Shown here: positions 48,651-62,471 of the stretch, in pieces
Layout: every line of letters starts with the position of its first letter
Numbering within the stretch: the first letter of the stretch is position 1
Assembly: GCF_006345805.1 (NCBI RefSeq)
Contig: NC_042999.1
Span: 132,866,001-132,930,000, forward strand
Reading direction: 5' to 3'
DNA length: 64,000 bases
Source of the DNA: Octopus sinensis
Lineage: Eukaryota
Translations under genes and position numbers: made by a program
Notes under the pieces: model-generated
Database searches by the model: none
Told to the model about the DNA's origin: nothing
What the model saw: only the letters and a program-made list of their open reading frames with translations

Positions 48651-50166
48651 AACACTCACATGTACGTATGTATGTATATACGTATGTATATACATACGAA
48701 TGTATTATTAATATTTAGCATAAGCAACAGAGTGACTCAAGACCCGAGAGTTTCTTACGTTTGCACTTGTCAAATTTAGTTACAGGTCGAAAAGCTGTGG
48801 TTTATATAGCCAGTCAAAAATTACAATTCCCTGGATCATTCTAGAGCGAATTTTTTAAGTATTTATATTGTCAAGTGGCTAATTAATATTTTACAAATAC
48901 ATATAAACACATATTTGTGTGTATGTGTGTGTTCATGTGCGTGTGTGTGTGTGTGTGTTTGCGCGTGCCTTGTGTGTATGTGTGTGTGTGTGCGTGCGTG
49001 TGTGTTTGCGCGTGCCTTGTGTGTGTGTGCGTGCGTGTGTGTTTGTGTGTGTGTGTGTGTCTGTGTGTGTGTATTTGTTATCTATACATGTGTATATGTA
49101 CATACCGCAAACAAAGTTTATTGAATGTTTTTCACATAGATTCTAATTTTCTGCGTAGCCGGACTATTTTTCGACTTTTGCGAATACTATTATCGCGTGG
49201 TTATTGCTGAAGCAGTTAGTTCCATAACAGACAGAACCCATAATTACATCTATAACGCTAAACCTATAACACGTCTTTAATATGTGCAGATCATTATCAG
49301 TTCGGTAAAGATATTTTATTTATCATTTACCTTTATGCCAACGTTTACTGGACAGCTGATTTTTACTACTCTACACAATTTCCTTACTCCGTCCATGATC
49401 ATTAATCTCGAAGTTGTATATATGCATATATTCTACAGAGATTGTTTTACAATATATACAGAGATTTTTACAATATATACCATCACTATTCTCATACATT
49501 TTGGGTTAGTTCGCCTTCTGTCTCACGAAACTTTTTTTATTTTAATCTTCAGGACCATCCTTTCAACGATTTGCATTGTGTAATGTTTTGGACACTAAGC
49601 TATGTCTCATATGTGGATAATAACAAGATAACATTTCCCTTATAATGTGGATTACTTCGTTGGTGCTAATTTCACAAAATCAAAATGAGTTGTCATATCC
49701 AGGTGTTTTATGATGATCCATGTTTCCCTTGTGAGTCACATATTTTCATGTTATTCCAATTCTTAGATTGGAAAAGCATATCCGTCAAAATGAGAGATAA
49801 TATGCTTGTTATTGATCCAAGTGGACTACTCTGGTATTTTGTCATTGTCATTCTTATGTTTTCTGAAAACATAGCAGTGTATGATCATGTGCAGATTAGC
49901 AGAATGTATAATTCTGGTCACTAGCCTGGGAATACTTCTCAACCTTAATAATACTACTTTCCTCATGTATGCAAATGAGCAGACTTACCCCATAGATGTA
50001 AATCAATGCTCATTGGTTAATGCAGTAAAATGGATTATAATGCGATATTCACATGTTGTTCGGATCGATGCCCAGCATCTGTCTCATCGATGAATTAGAA
50101 ACAATCATTGTCATTACAGATGCAGAGATTTCTGTTGATAGTTAATACTTTCATCTAGCATCCAAT

Positions 50167-50613
50167 GAGAAGCCTAAATTTGATTTCAAATTTTGGCACA
50201 AGGCCAGGAAATTTCGGGGAAGTGTTTAACTGATACTTATTTCATCCATCCAAGAACGATGAAAGGCAAAGGTGAACACAGCGAAATTTGAACTCAGAGC
50301 ATAAAGAGGATGAAATGCCGCTAAGCATTTCCCCCCGGCTTGCTAAAGATTGTGCCAGCTACCAGCTTAGAGAAATCTAAATATTGGTTTTAAATTTTGG
50401 CACACAGTCAGCATGTTCGGGAAAAGGGATAAGCCGATTACATCGATCCCAGTACTTAACTGGTACTTATGTTATCGATCGCAAAAGGATGAAAGGCAAA
50501 TTCGACATGAGCTAAATTTGAACTCAGAAAGAAAAGACGGACGAAATAGTGCAAAGCGTTTTGCGCGGCGTACTAACGATTAAGTCGTCTCACTACCTTA
50601 GAGAAGCCTAAAT
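50167..50613 (-). mobile_element. Two SINE family B monomers in tandem, delimited by three copies of one 13-bp site
   Basis: gagaagcctaaat at 50167 and 50601, gagaaatctaaat at 50370. Confidence 0.8.
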
Positions 50614-50980
50614 ATAGAGATTTGGGGTAGTTAACCTATTGTAGACAACGATTTAGTGTACTCCTAGCGCTCCTAGGAACAAAATTTTTCAAGCAGGTAT
50701 TTTCGTCCATCTTTAGGACATCGAAGAAATAGACAAGCCATTGATAGACATTTTGGTAGACGTACTTCTAGTTTTCCTCATTTTATAATCAGGTCTGAAT
50801 ATTTTGGCCCAAATCCTTCAATATATCAATTAATGGTATCGTATTCACTTCAAGGCCATTTTCATATCATTCATATTTTGGCAAGTATTTTCAGGAAGAA
50901 GCAGTGTGGCAGTCAAGTTAGTGTTTCTAACTTCCTGTGAGCTAATCTCAACACTTTCAGATTTATACATACACACACAC

Positions 50981-51037
<57 letters not shown>

Positions 51038-51348
51038 TACATACATATATATACAAATACACACACTTGTGTGTGTATACATAGATACAGAATTTTCTTT
51101 AAACGTTACTAACAATCTCAAGCTCTAGCGATACAATAGTTTTGCAGATTTGTATAACATGCGATGTGTCTGCATCATTCTTTGAGGATCAGTGCATACC
51201 ATTAGACATATTTGAAAACCAAGACGCTGAACTATGAGAAAACATGCGAAAACTGAAAAAAAAAAATCAACAAAAACGCGAAGTTTGACACAGAAAGTGG
51301 AACCAGAAAAAAGTAAGAAAACTGCGATCTCGTTCTCTCTCTCTCTCT

Positions 51349-51386
<38 letters not shown>

Positions 51387-52109
51387 CACACACACACAGT
51401 ATACTAGATCGTTCTTGATAATGCAAGGCCTATGTGGACCTTATATCTCTTTGCAGCGAATCACGCAAAGCTTTAAAAGGCTGACAAGAACGTAGTTTGA
51501 ATAGTTACAGTTTGAACACAGCACGAAAAGAGCACCACAACACAGAAAAGGTCATTTTATTGTAAAGTACATAGTCCTTACCACATGTTTAACTACTCTC
51601 AGACACATTTGAATCATTCAAGAACATTGCAGCTCATGCGAGAACAACACAGCACTCTCAGATTACTACTACATCTTTAGAAGACTATAAATATCTGTAG
51701 GTAACTGAAAAATCTCCAATACACAAGTCTAGTGCATGTAGAAAACGCTACAACAGCACAATAAAACGCTACAACAGTACTACAACGTGGTCTTAACTTT
51801 CCTATATCTTCCACCTGGTCCAAATCAATACATACAGCTCACAAATAACTGCTACATCAGTAAATTCATCCGTCACAAACACTGTAGTTGGGTGGTTTCT
51901 ATAAAGCAACAGAAACGATTGCGGGTCGATCAAGTCTACTTTGTATGTCTTTAACTAAGGTCATCTCTAAAACTCATTAGGGAGTGCCGCTTATACGCGG
52001 ACACTCGACTTGCTATACATAGTAATGGAATCTGTCCTGAATTACATCTTATTGAAGTATAAAAATACATTAGAAAATATAGACCTAGATATAGAGAAGG
52101 GTAAAGGGT

Positions 52110-52390
52110 AAAGGGGTAAAGACCCACTTCGGTCATGAATGACCGTGGGATTGCATCTAGAAAGTGATACTCCGAAGCACAAGTCCGGATAATGTTGTTT
52201 ATGGATAACCAGCAGTTACCCATACATACCAGTCTTCTCACTCCACGCCACCGATGTTATCCGAGGGAAACGCAAAGGCCGATACAGCTTTGCACCAGGG
52301 ACGTCGCAACTCATTCCTGAAAGTAAGTGAACTGGAGCAACGTGAAATAAAGTGTCTTGCTCAGTAGCACAACATATAACTCAGTCTGAG
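52110..52390 (-). mobile_element. SINE family C, head truncated
   Basis: Homologous to 39845-40177. Confidence 0.8.
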
Positions 52391-52831
52391 AATCGCTTTG
52401 TGATCCCAACGCTTCTGATATAGGAAAAGACGTGTTGATAACGTTTGGGCTGCCTTTGACTGTAACCTTATCTCAGGTGTATCAGGGATGACCTGCAGTT
52501 AATCAACAAAAACAACAAACAATATTCGAACAGAATAGGGTATATAGAAATTTTATTACGTATACATTATGACTCTACTGTAACTCCTTTGGCAATCCGC
52601 AAGGTGTAATGCACAGTGTGGTTGTAAACGAAGCGTAGGCCTGGTCTAACATGGGATATCAGTAGTTCATACCAAGTCAATTAACCTAATTTCTGAGTTA
52701 TAGGTATGCTTGATCATAACTGACCCAGGGCTACACAGTAACAGCACATCAACGCACACTTGTCTCTGTGTGCTTTTGTATCTATATAGCTATGTACATA
52801 TATTAGCATAGTCCAAGTATCTACATATATG

Positions 52832-52896
<65 letters not shown>

Positions 52897-52903
<7 letters not shown>

Positions 52904-53294
52904 TAAGGGTAGAAATTGATATTAATCAATTAAAACCAGTGGACTAGCATATTTTTTTTTAAATCCGAAGATTAAAAATTTTATACATACAAAATTTAGA
53001 GGAATGACCACTAATAGTGGACAGCCTGTATGCTAGAAATAGACGTCAAATTCGCCATTTACCACGAAGAATGTGTTCTCAAGAAAAAATTCTGCAAAAA
53101 ACCAAAGTGTAAAAATAAGCAAGACAAATGAAAATATACGAAATAAAAAAAGTACCTATGTACTTTTTCTTGAGAACACATTCTTCGTGGTAAATGGCGA
53201 ATTTGACGTCTATTTCTAGCATTACAGGCTGTCCACTATTAGTGGTCATTCCTCTAAATTTTGTATATATATATTATATATATAATATATATAT

Positions 53295-53371
<77 letters not shown>

Positions 53372-53735
53372 ATTAAATAAGGGTAGAAATTGATATTAAT
53401 CAATTAAAACCAGTGGACTAGCATATTTTTTTTTAAATCCGAAGATTAAAAATTTTATACATACAAAATTTAGAGGAATGACCACTAATAGTGGACAGCC
53501 TGTATGCTAGAAATAGACGTCAAATTCGCCATTTACCACGAAGAATGTGTTCTCAAGAAAAAATTCTGCAAAAAACCAAAGTGTAAAAATAAGCAAGACA
53601 AATGAAAATATACGAAATAAAAAACGTACCTATGTACTTTTTCTTGAGAACACATTCTTCGTGGTAAATGGCGAATTTGACGTCTATTTCTAGCATTACA
53701 GGCTGTCCACTATTAGTGGTCATTCCTCTAAATTT

Positions 53736-53737
<2 letters not shown>
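52897..53737. repeat. Tandem duplication (period 474 bp) of a fold-back-plus-tail element
   Basis: 52897-53263 and 53371-53737 differ at one seen base; each contains about 100-bp inverted arms. Confidence 0.9.
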
Positions 53738-53803
<66 letters not shown>

Positions 53804-54540
53804 GAGAGAATATAGATATAGATATATATTTAGATAGATAGATAGATAAATATGCGTATGTGTTTATGAACATATGATGTATGTATATATATATACGTGT
53901 ATGTGTGTGTGTGCGTGCGCGTCAGAATATATATGTGTGTTCATATATAAAATATTCATGGCTGAAGTGATTCACAATTTAGAGTTATAGAAATCGACAA
54001 AGCGCAAAATATCTGCAAATAGCAACAGTTCATACACATTGGTAAATTACTCAGAACAGCCAAATTTTTCGAGTGAACTTCACAATTAATATTGGTTCCA
54101 ACCAGCTACAGGTGTTTTTAATATTTGTTCTATTAAATTACTTCAAAGTTCAGTAGTATTGTGTGCAGAAGCATAAATTGCAGACAATAAAGGATTCAGT
54201 CACGGCAATTGCTGCCGATGGCGTCTAACTTCTTGTTTTCCGCTTAAATTCATTTATATTGTCGAATGCTGGCTTTCATTGAACTATTATTGTTTAGAAT
54301 TTAGTCAGCCTAAAATATGGTTTTCAAAAGGCCTATTCACAGAGTGGAAATGTTCTGAATGCTATTAAGTAAAAGATTTATTTTTAAAACTGAATCACAA
54401 TTTGAGAAAATAATGCATTGATATACGGATACAGTTCATGTTTATACCTCATAAAACAAGCTCGTGCACACGGACACACAAAGACCACACACACATATAT
54501 CTAGATGTATGTATGTGCTTGAGAGCATTTACATGTGTGT

Positions 54541-54573
<33 letters not shown>

Positions 54574-54599
54574 ATTATGAGATATATGAATGAATTGTA

Positions 54600-54982
54600 T
54601 ATACTGCCACCTCTTGATAGCTTCCATACTTCAAATTCCGCCTGAGTCGACTTTGCCTTTCCTCCTTCCTGTGTCGACGAAATGAGAACCAGTTCAGCAC
54701 TGGGATCAATGAAAGCGGTACACTCCCACTCCTGAACTTGCTAGCTTTGTGAACAAATTTGAAATCAATATGACATGCAAAGTGGCGAACTGGCAGAATC
54801 GTTAGCACACTGGACAAAAAAGCTTAGCAGCATGTTCGTCCGTGTTTCCGTTCTGAGCTCAAATGCCGTTGGGGTCGAGTTTGCCCTTCATCCTTTCGTG
54901 ATCGATAAAATTAGTACCTGCAGAGTACTGGGGAGGGGGTCAGTTTAATCGACTATCCTACTCCACCAAATTTTAGGCCTGT
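54600..54982 (+). mobile_element. Two diverged SINE family B copies
   Basis: gtcgactttgcctttc at about 54645; gtggcgaactggcagaatc head at 54782. Confidence 0.7.
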
Positions 54983-55039
54983 AGATTTTGATGGTCACGA
55001 GCAAGACTTGCTAGTCATATAAGATCTCATGACAGTATT

Positions 55040-56840
55040 TATTAATTGAAGAGATAACCTTCTTCTGCAAAGAAGTGGTAATCAATCTTTATCGAAAGGT
55101 ACTAGAAATACACGGAAACCCATTCTCCCTGAACATAGAAATTAACTGGAAGAGATATCTAGATGACTGCTTCATTCTTTGGCATGAAAGTATAGAGAGA
55201 CTTAAAGAATTTTAAGCACTTCTAAATGGACTTGACATAAACATTCAATTTACGATGGAATAATAGCCATAAACAACTTCCATTTCTCGACATCCTCATT
55301 AAGAAATGCAACAACAAAATAGAAACAGATATATGCTATAAGCCCACAGACTCCAAGCTATATCTACCGTTCAACTTATGCTACTCAAGACACACCAGAA
55401 TGAATATCCCAGCCAGGCAAAAAGGATTCGTACTATGGTATCTGATACAGGCACAAGGGACACACGACTACATGAACTAAAGGATACACTCATCAGCAGG
55501 AACTACCCACCATTACTAACTGATGTAGGTTTTCAATATGCCCTACAACTTAACATCCACGAACTCAGACAACCCAAACTAAAGAAGGATTTACAACCAA
55601 AAGTCCTACCATACGTGTCCGCACACAACCCCCTAAACAACGAGGCCTTCGACACCATCCTCCAGAACATTCCTTTACTAAAAAGGAACCATAGAATGAA
55701 TCAAATCCTCCAAACGCACACCACCATAAAGACCAAAAGACAACCCAAGACAGTGAAAAGTCTTCTAATACAAGCCCAAGTACACTCGTCAACAACATTG
55801 AAACCGATAGTAAAAAAATGCAGAAGACCTAACTATGGTATATGCGTCAACCTAATTGAGGGATTGGAGTTCTCCTTCAAACAGGGTCGACGTTTTACAG
55901 TGAAAAACAACTTCACATGTGCTTCGGAAATCCTAATATATGTTTTGTAAATATTTGAGCCTATAAAAATACTGAAGATAACTTGCTCAGGTGTCGAGAG
56001 CAATACATTGGTCAAACTAAAAGCTGTCTACGCTGGAGGATGACCATACATAGATCCCAGATTAAGATACGGGAATACAGAAAATAGCATTAAGTGGACA
56101 CATCGACATTTGCGCCACTAACGAACAACCCAACTTTAGAGTTTTTACACTCTATAGATTCAGGGACAATGCAACCTATAATCAGCACATTAGCAAAGAG
56201 TTATACTTTATCGCAAAATATAGACCTCTTTTGAATGCTTCCACCACAGATAGCACTACTACAAGGATCTTAGAATAATACCCACGCAAATATTAAAAAT
56301 GATAGATATATTAAGAACAGTCGCATGAATTTAGTTAGAAGAGTTCCTACCACTACAACTACAACCACAACAGGTAAGTTTTAGGTCACTTGAACATTAA
56401 AGATTCCACGAGCAGTCTACTACTGTGTCATACCACTCCCGTGTTTTTCTTTTCTTTCTTCTTCTTCTTCTCCTCCCCTCCTCCTCCATCGCCACCTCCT
56501 CCTTCGCCGTCTCCTTGCTCGGCTACTGCTGCTTAAATCAATCAAACTTCAGAACCAACATTTCTTTGCACCCAGAAACACTGTCTTCAGATCTGCTACT
56601 ACCTATCGAGCCTTCACAAAGAGAAAGAGAGACAGAAAAGACGAAAATGTCCTAATTATTTGAAGACTATGGAAATATTTACAAAACATTTCATTAATTT
56701 TTTCTTCAATTTAATTGGTTTTCCTGTTTTACTCTTAATTGAAAAAGTCGAAAAGATTGAACATGGTACTAAACTTTACAAAATGCATTTCATGATAAAA
56801 TTATTTTAGCATTTTCTACCTCGTCTTAGTTTACTTATAT
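55040..56840 (+). mobile_element. Penelope-like element, 5'-truncated, with RT (RYLDD), thumb, GIY-YIG and 3' region; several stops and frameshifts
   Basis: WKRYLDDCFILW...IQFTME...LPFLDILI...TDICYKPTDS...NNFTCASEILIY...ITCSG..EQYIGQT...KYRPLLNA; 3' end homologous to 11950-12120. Confidence 0.9.
56736..56771 (+). ncRNA. Degenerate HHR retaining the UUGAAAA core
   Basis: UUGAAAA-AGUC(GAAAA)GAUU-GAAC-AUG-GUA-CUA; one core A lost. Confidence 0.4.
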
Positions 56841-56909
56841 ATATAAATATTTTATCGTTATCATTTACTGGTTTGAGCCAGCGGCTGAAACCATGGTGAA
56901 GCACCGCCA

Positions 56910-57058
56910 TTCAGTGTGTTTGGGTTTTCTCTCTGTACTGTTTTTGATGCAGTTGTGAGCCGGACGGAGCTGCTCTTCTTTGTGCTTGCTGTCATGAAGT
57001 GGGTTCATCTGGAATGCCAGATGAAAATTTTTCCAGACGTTCTTTGAAAACCTCCACA
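56910..57058 (-). mobile_element. CR1/L2-type LINE extreme 3' fragment
   Basis: VEVFKERLEKFSSGIPDEP resembles FK..LD.FL..IPDEP. Confidence 0.55.
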
Positions 57059-57061
57059 TCT

Positions 57062-57226
57062 ATAGAATGAATCAAATCCTCCAAACGCACACCACCAAAA
57101 AAACCAAAAGACAACCCAAGACAATGAAAAGTCTTCTAATACAAGCCCAAGTACACTCGTCAACAACATTGAAACCGATAGTAAAAAAATGTAGAAGACC
57201 TAACTATGGTATATGCGTCAACCTAA
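57062..57226 (+). repeat. 165-bp direct copy of PLE segment 55691-55855
   Basis: 4 mismatches counted. Confidence 0.9.
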
Positions 57227-57599
57227 ATGGAGTTCTTGGGCAGAATTTTGAAATGTTGCAGACTCTTGAAACCTAAGCCGTTACAGTATTGGATTGTTGT
57301 TCTAGAAGGAGGAGGCGGGATATTTGTTACTATGCAGTGCCGTCCAGTTCGGTGGATGGCATAGCTTTAATTCTAAAGTTGGAATCCAGACCTTCCAGGA
57401 TTTTCCATATGTATCACTGCACGTATGTATGTATATATATATATGTGGATTTGCGTGGATTCAGTGGACTCCCAGTCGAGTAACGTTACACGAAAGATCT
57501 GGGTACGTTTATTTAAAAAGCCACAAACACCTGCAATACTAGCAAGTAAATCTCTATAAGAGATGTAAGTAGTAACTATACTGAGAAGTAATGTTTATC

Positions 57600-57764
57600 G
57601 CCACATCAATATGGCTGTTCGACGTTACTACCGTTTTTAAACCAAGAACTACAGCTGGTTATCGATGCAATATACCGGATAGAGATTGCATCGATAACCA
57701 GCCGAAGGAGTCTCTTACTGGGCTTAAAAACGGTAGTAAAGTCGAATAGTCATATCGATGTGGC
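57600..57764. repeat. Nested fold-back
   Basis: Outer arms about 45 bp; inner perfect 18-bp stem 57654-57671 / 57685-57702. Confidence 0.8.
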
Positions 57765-58009
57765 ATTAAAAATTACATGTAACAATGTTTTATTTAAAAT
57801 AAGTGGAACGCATATTTTCCTACTGAAGTAAATATTTGAGCCTATAAAATACTTATGATAATTTTCTTTTCACCTATTTATTTATATATTATTCATATGA
57901 ATTTTAAAATTATATATCACATAACCGTTACAATGTTGATATATAATTTGTGTCGTGTAAACTTGTATTGTGTGTAGTCGTTTTTATATTGTATTCTTTC
58001 TACTACAGG

Positions 58010-58410
58010 CTCATGGCGTTGGGATTAGGTAGGAAGGGTGCTAGTCGATTAAATTGACTCCAGTGCTCAACTGGTACTTATTTTAGCGACCTAAACTGGC
58101 GGAAAGACTCAATAGACCCTAGGAAAATTTGGTGTGGATTAAATGCCGTTAAGAATTCTTTACGAGCAAAAGTTTCTGTCAGCTCACCGCACCTTCGTCT
58201 AAAACAGTTACAAGGCCTGAAATTTTGAGGAAGAAAGGTAGTCGATTAATGGACCCCAGTGTTCAACTGCTACTTATTTTATCGACCCAGAAAGAATGAA
58301 AGGCAAAGTCGACTTCGGCAGAATTTGAACTCAGCAAAGTCAGAAGAAATGCTGCTAAACATTTTCTCCGGCGTGCTACCGGTACGAGTATTACCTGCTC
58401 TCCGCCTTTA
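58010..58410 (-). mobile_element. Two SINE family B monomers in tandem
   Basis: cagtg.tcaactg.tactta motif twice. Confidence 0.7.
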
Positions 58411-59109
58411 TATTGTATATAATATATTAGCTTGCAATAATAGGAAAACTATTTCGACTGCCTCTAACTACTAGAATTTCAGTTTGCCAATAATGATTAG
58501 TTCAGATCACTAGAATATGGTGATCACTCTGTCAAGCAGTGTGACAGTACTGTGAGATAAAAGTTTATCGATTGACTCATATCACACACTACTCTATAGA
58601 TGGGATAGTATAATCGCCATATAAGAACTGTGTTGAAATATATACCCTAAATACAATTATTAAACCAACTCAATCGAACAATATTATATATTTTGACCGA
58701 TGTAACATACGCCATCTTGGATTTTCCTCACGATTTTTCTTTAGCGTGGAGGAGTGTAAAATTATTTATCAAATACTCTGGGGAAAACATTGCTATTTTA
58801 ACGCATAAACGCGCATACATACATGCATATATGTATGTATGTAAGTATGTATGTATGTATGTATGTATGTATGTATGTATGTATGTATGTATGTATGTAT
58901 GTATGTATGTATGTATGTGTGTGTGTATGTATATATGTAAGCATGTATGCATGTATATGTGTGTATATATATATATATTATATATATATATATAATATAT
59001 ATATATATATATACATTAATATGTATGTATGCATATATGTATGTGTATAAGGTTGTGTGAACGGAGTCTATTCGTGTCATTCGTGGAGTGGCGGGTGGGG
59101 GTGGGGGAT

Positions 59110-59375
59110 GAATGAAAGAATAAAATGGAAGAGGAGAGAGTGTCAAGTTGTTTGGTCGTCTGCAAATATATTGGATTACAATTGTCGGATAAAAACGCTT
59201 AATCCAGTACTGACATGCCGCTTGGACAATGTTATGTTTTCCCTTCTTCATCACACTAGTGAACAGGGTTGCTTTCAACAGACGACCAAGATTGATGGAA
59301 GTTCTCATCAAGAAACGTCAGCGGACGAATCGAGTTGGCTAAGATTGATGAGGGCATTTTACTAAACCGGCCTAT
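59110..59375 (+). mobile_element. Possible BEL/Pao integrase C-terminal remnant
   Basis: WKRR..V...ANI...and GRIELAKI....L.RPI loosely resemble the end of the Pao polyprotein. Confidence 0.3.
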
Positions 59376-59899
59376 ACGTTCTCTCTGTCTGTCTCTGTCT
59401 CTCTTCCCTCCCCCTCTCTCTCCCTCTTGTCTATCCACTTTTCTCGCTCTTGCACCTCACAGAAAAAAAATGCAAATCCTTTACCTAAACACATTAAGAC
59501 GGAAAACTATCCAAAACCTTCTTAGCGTAACATTCTCAATGTTCTCATTCCATTTACCATTTCCTTTCATCTTATGTTTTCTTCTAGCCTTCTATACTAA
59601 ACTTCTTTTTCGATTACGTGTCTGACAGCACCATAATCACCGTTACCATCCTCACTGTCGTCGTCATCTTCCTTATCATCATCATCACCATTGTCGTCGT
59701 TGTCTCGTTGTCATTATCATCATCGTCGTCGTCGTCGTCATCATCATCCTATTTATCATCATAACCATTCACATTTCTTCATAACAATCACACTGAATTA
59801 GATTATATGTATGTCACTGTATGTCACAGTATGGTTCTCTTAGTTTGTCTGCCTGTCTGTTTGTCTGTCCCCCCTCTCTCTCTCTCACACACACACACA

Positions 59900-59938
<39 letters not shown>

Positions 59939-60177
59939 ATATATAAATTAGAGAAAAACCACTATTATGCAATTCAAACAATGATAGACATAAACCAAAT
60001 CATAAATAAAAAATAAATATATTTTAAAACAAATAACTAAATCACAAAAAGTACAAAAATGAATAAGCAATATATAATAAGTAAAAAGAGAAGTACATAT
60101 TATATATATTTATATTGTGAAATTTAATTTAATACTAAATTGATTTTTTCCCTGTAAGTTTGGAGTTATACTCCCTA

Positions 60178-60245
<68 letters not shown>

Positions 60246-60297
60246 CTACATATGTGTATGTGTGTATGTGTCTGCGCGTGTATCTATGTATATATAT

Positions 60298-60560
60298 GTT
60301 TCAAGCTACTTGGCTTTTATCAATGGGAGTTACCAAGGAGACGCAGCTAAAAGTTGCCTCTCTTAGGTACCACCCATTGATAAAAGCCAGCTAGGTTGAA
60401 ACATCAATGTCTGTACAGGTAGATGGCGACACTGAACAAATATGTTACTTTCACACCTTTTTAACACAATAGATATGTTTTCTCTACGGTAACTGCAGTG
60501 AATTTGCCTTTTACCAGTTGAACTATGTAATAAGCATATTTCAACTAACCTAAACTTTAC
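60298..60560. mobile_element. Fold-back (60298-60402) plus tail next to (TA)n
   Basis: ggcttttatcaatggg / cccattgataaaagcc; GAAAC-AUCAAU-GUC half-HHR at 60398-60411. Confidence 0.6.
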
Positions 60561-60764
60561 TTATGCCCAAACACTATGTGTCGCTAATATTTCGTTATAC
60601 AGATACATGTATATATATGTGTGTGCATCTGTGTGTGTTCGCGCATATGATCTATCAGACTGTTGGATGTTGTTATACAGCTCTGGTCGCAATGCGCTTT
60701 GCATTGTTTTAGCTTTCGAAAGATGCCACACCTCTGGATAGGCGAGAAGAGCAACAGCTCTTCT

Positions 60765-60925
60765 TATCGGAAGACTAGTCCGTTGTTGGGATTACCCAGT
60801 TCCAACTGAGGGAACGTGAGCAGCATGAAATTATTTTGCTCAAGAATACAACACGTAGCCGGTCTTGGAGACCTCGATCTCAAGATCGTGAGTGCAACAT
60901 GCTTAACCACTAAGCCACGCACCTT
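60765..60925 (-). mobile_element. SINE family C/D head
   Basis: aggtgcgtggcttagtggttaagc. Confidence 0.7.
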
Positions 60926-60964
60926 CGCACACATAGACACACACACACACACACAGATATATAG

Positions 60965-61021
<57 letters not shown>

Positions 61022-61673
61022 AGAGACAGAGAGACAGAGAGACAGAGAGACAGACATACAGACAGAGACACAGACAGACAGATATGAAACGTTTACTGAA
61101 ACTTGAGGTTGCTCGAATGGGTTCATGCTCATTACCTGTTTAATAAAACCGAGAAATTCCGTGTAGTGGACTCATAGAAAGTCGGATTCTCGACTTTGAA
61201 TAAATGTGTATATTTATTATTTCTCTCTGTAGTACAAGACGAACAGTTTCCAAAGGAGAGAGTTTGTCGATGCCATAGACCGTAGCACTGGGTCGATATT
61301 TTGTTTTATCAATCCTGGGGGAAAGAGAGCAAAATAGACGTTTGTCGGAATTGAACTTAGGATGTCAACTGATGGAAGAAATACCACCAGATATTTCTTC
61401 GTCGCTCGAACGATTCGGCCAATTCAATGTCTTCGGCGATATTTCCTGCTAAATAACAACGGTTTAATAAATATATAACCAGTAATGTTCAGACTAGTTC
61501 TGCATTGGTGCTCGTTTTCTATCGATCTGAAAGTATAAAACCTTGCGTTGCCTTCAGTCCTATTTCGACTCGGAAAGTAAACAATCTGAACAGTGACTGT
61601 AAAGGCGATTTTTCCGAGGCTCAAGCGATTTTACGACATCGGCGCATTAGACGATAATATGTGCGTGTGTGTT

Positions 61674-61752
<79 letters not shown>

Positions 61753-61974
61753 CTATTGGGACTTTGGGTATATGTGGATTATAGTATGTCGTTTAAAGCA
61801 CATTCACTGTTTGGGTTACCTGATGTCATCCACAGATATGATATAATTTTCACGGGATTTACGTCAGGGAATCTGCAGTGTTTATTAGATTTAGTACGAA
61901 TCTTTATTCAGCACGAGGATCGTTTCGAGCCATCCTGCATCTGTCCCATTGGAGTAGGATATTGTGTTTCAAAG

Positions 61975-62233
61975 TGACGAAAATATTTTGACAAAAATTA
62001 AATTTAAATATTGAAGTGAATCTAACGGTTTTTTTTTGTTGTTTTTAAATTATATGATGCAGCACGGATTTTAGCGACGAAAATATTTTGACAAATTAAA
62101 CTTAAATGTTGAAGTGAATCGAACGGCTTTTGTGTGTTTCTTAAATGGCTTACAAACACCTTCCACGCTGCAATTGTTTTCGTTCCAGCACACGATCTCA
62201 GATCAAATCACTTGCTATGCGAGTACATCTCCG

Positions 62234-62240
<7 letters not shown>
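61975..62240 (+). repeat. Unclassified repeat end with an internal ~100-bp tandem duplication
   Basis: cgaaaatattttgacaaa twice; homologous to 17440-17550. Confidence 0.7.
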
Positions 62241-62314
<74 letters not shown>

Positions 62315-62367
62315 CATATATAAATACATATACATATATATATATACATAAATATATAGATATATTT

Positions 62368-62408
<41 letters not shown>

Positions 62409-62471
62409 ATATTATTAGTGAATTGAAGAAATAGAGTTGAACGAAGATTGAACAGAAATCGTTTTATTGCA

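Noticed and set aside
49703-49871. Possible C/D-box snoRNA (ATGATGA...CTGA with a 5-bp terminal stem)
   Set aside because: Long for the class, no recognisable rRNA guide, and such motifs are expected by chance in AT-rich 64 kb.
52960-53060. CCGAAGA...GAAATAGACGTC as a hammerhead
   Set aside because: Helices I and III do not pair convincingly.
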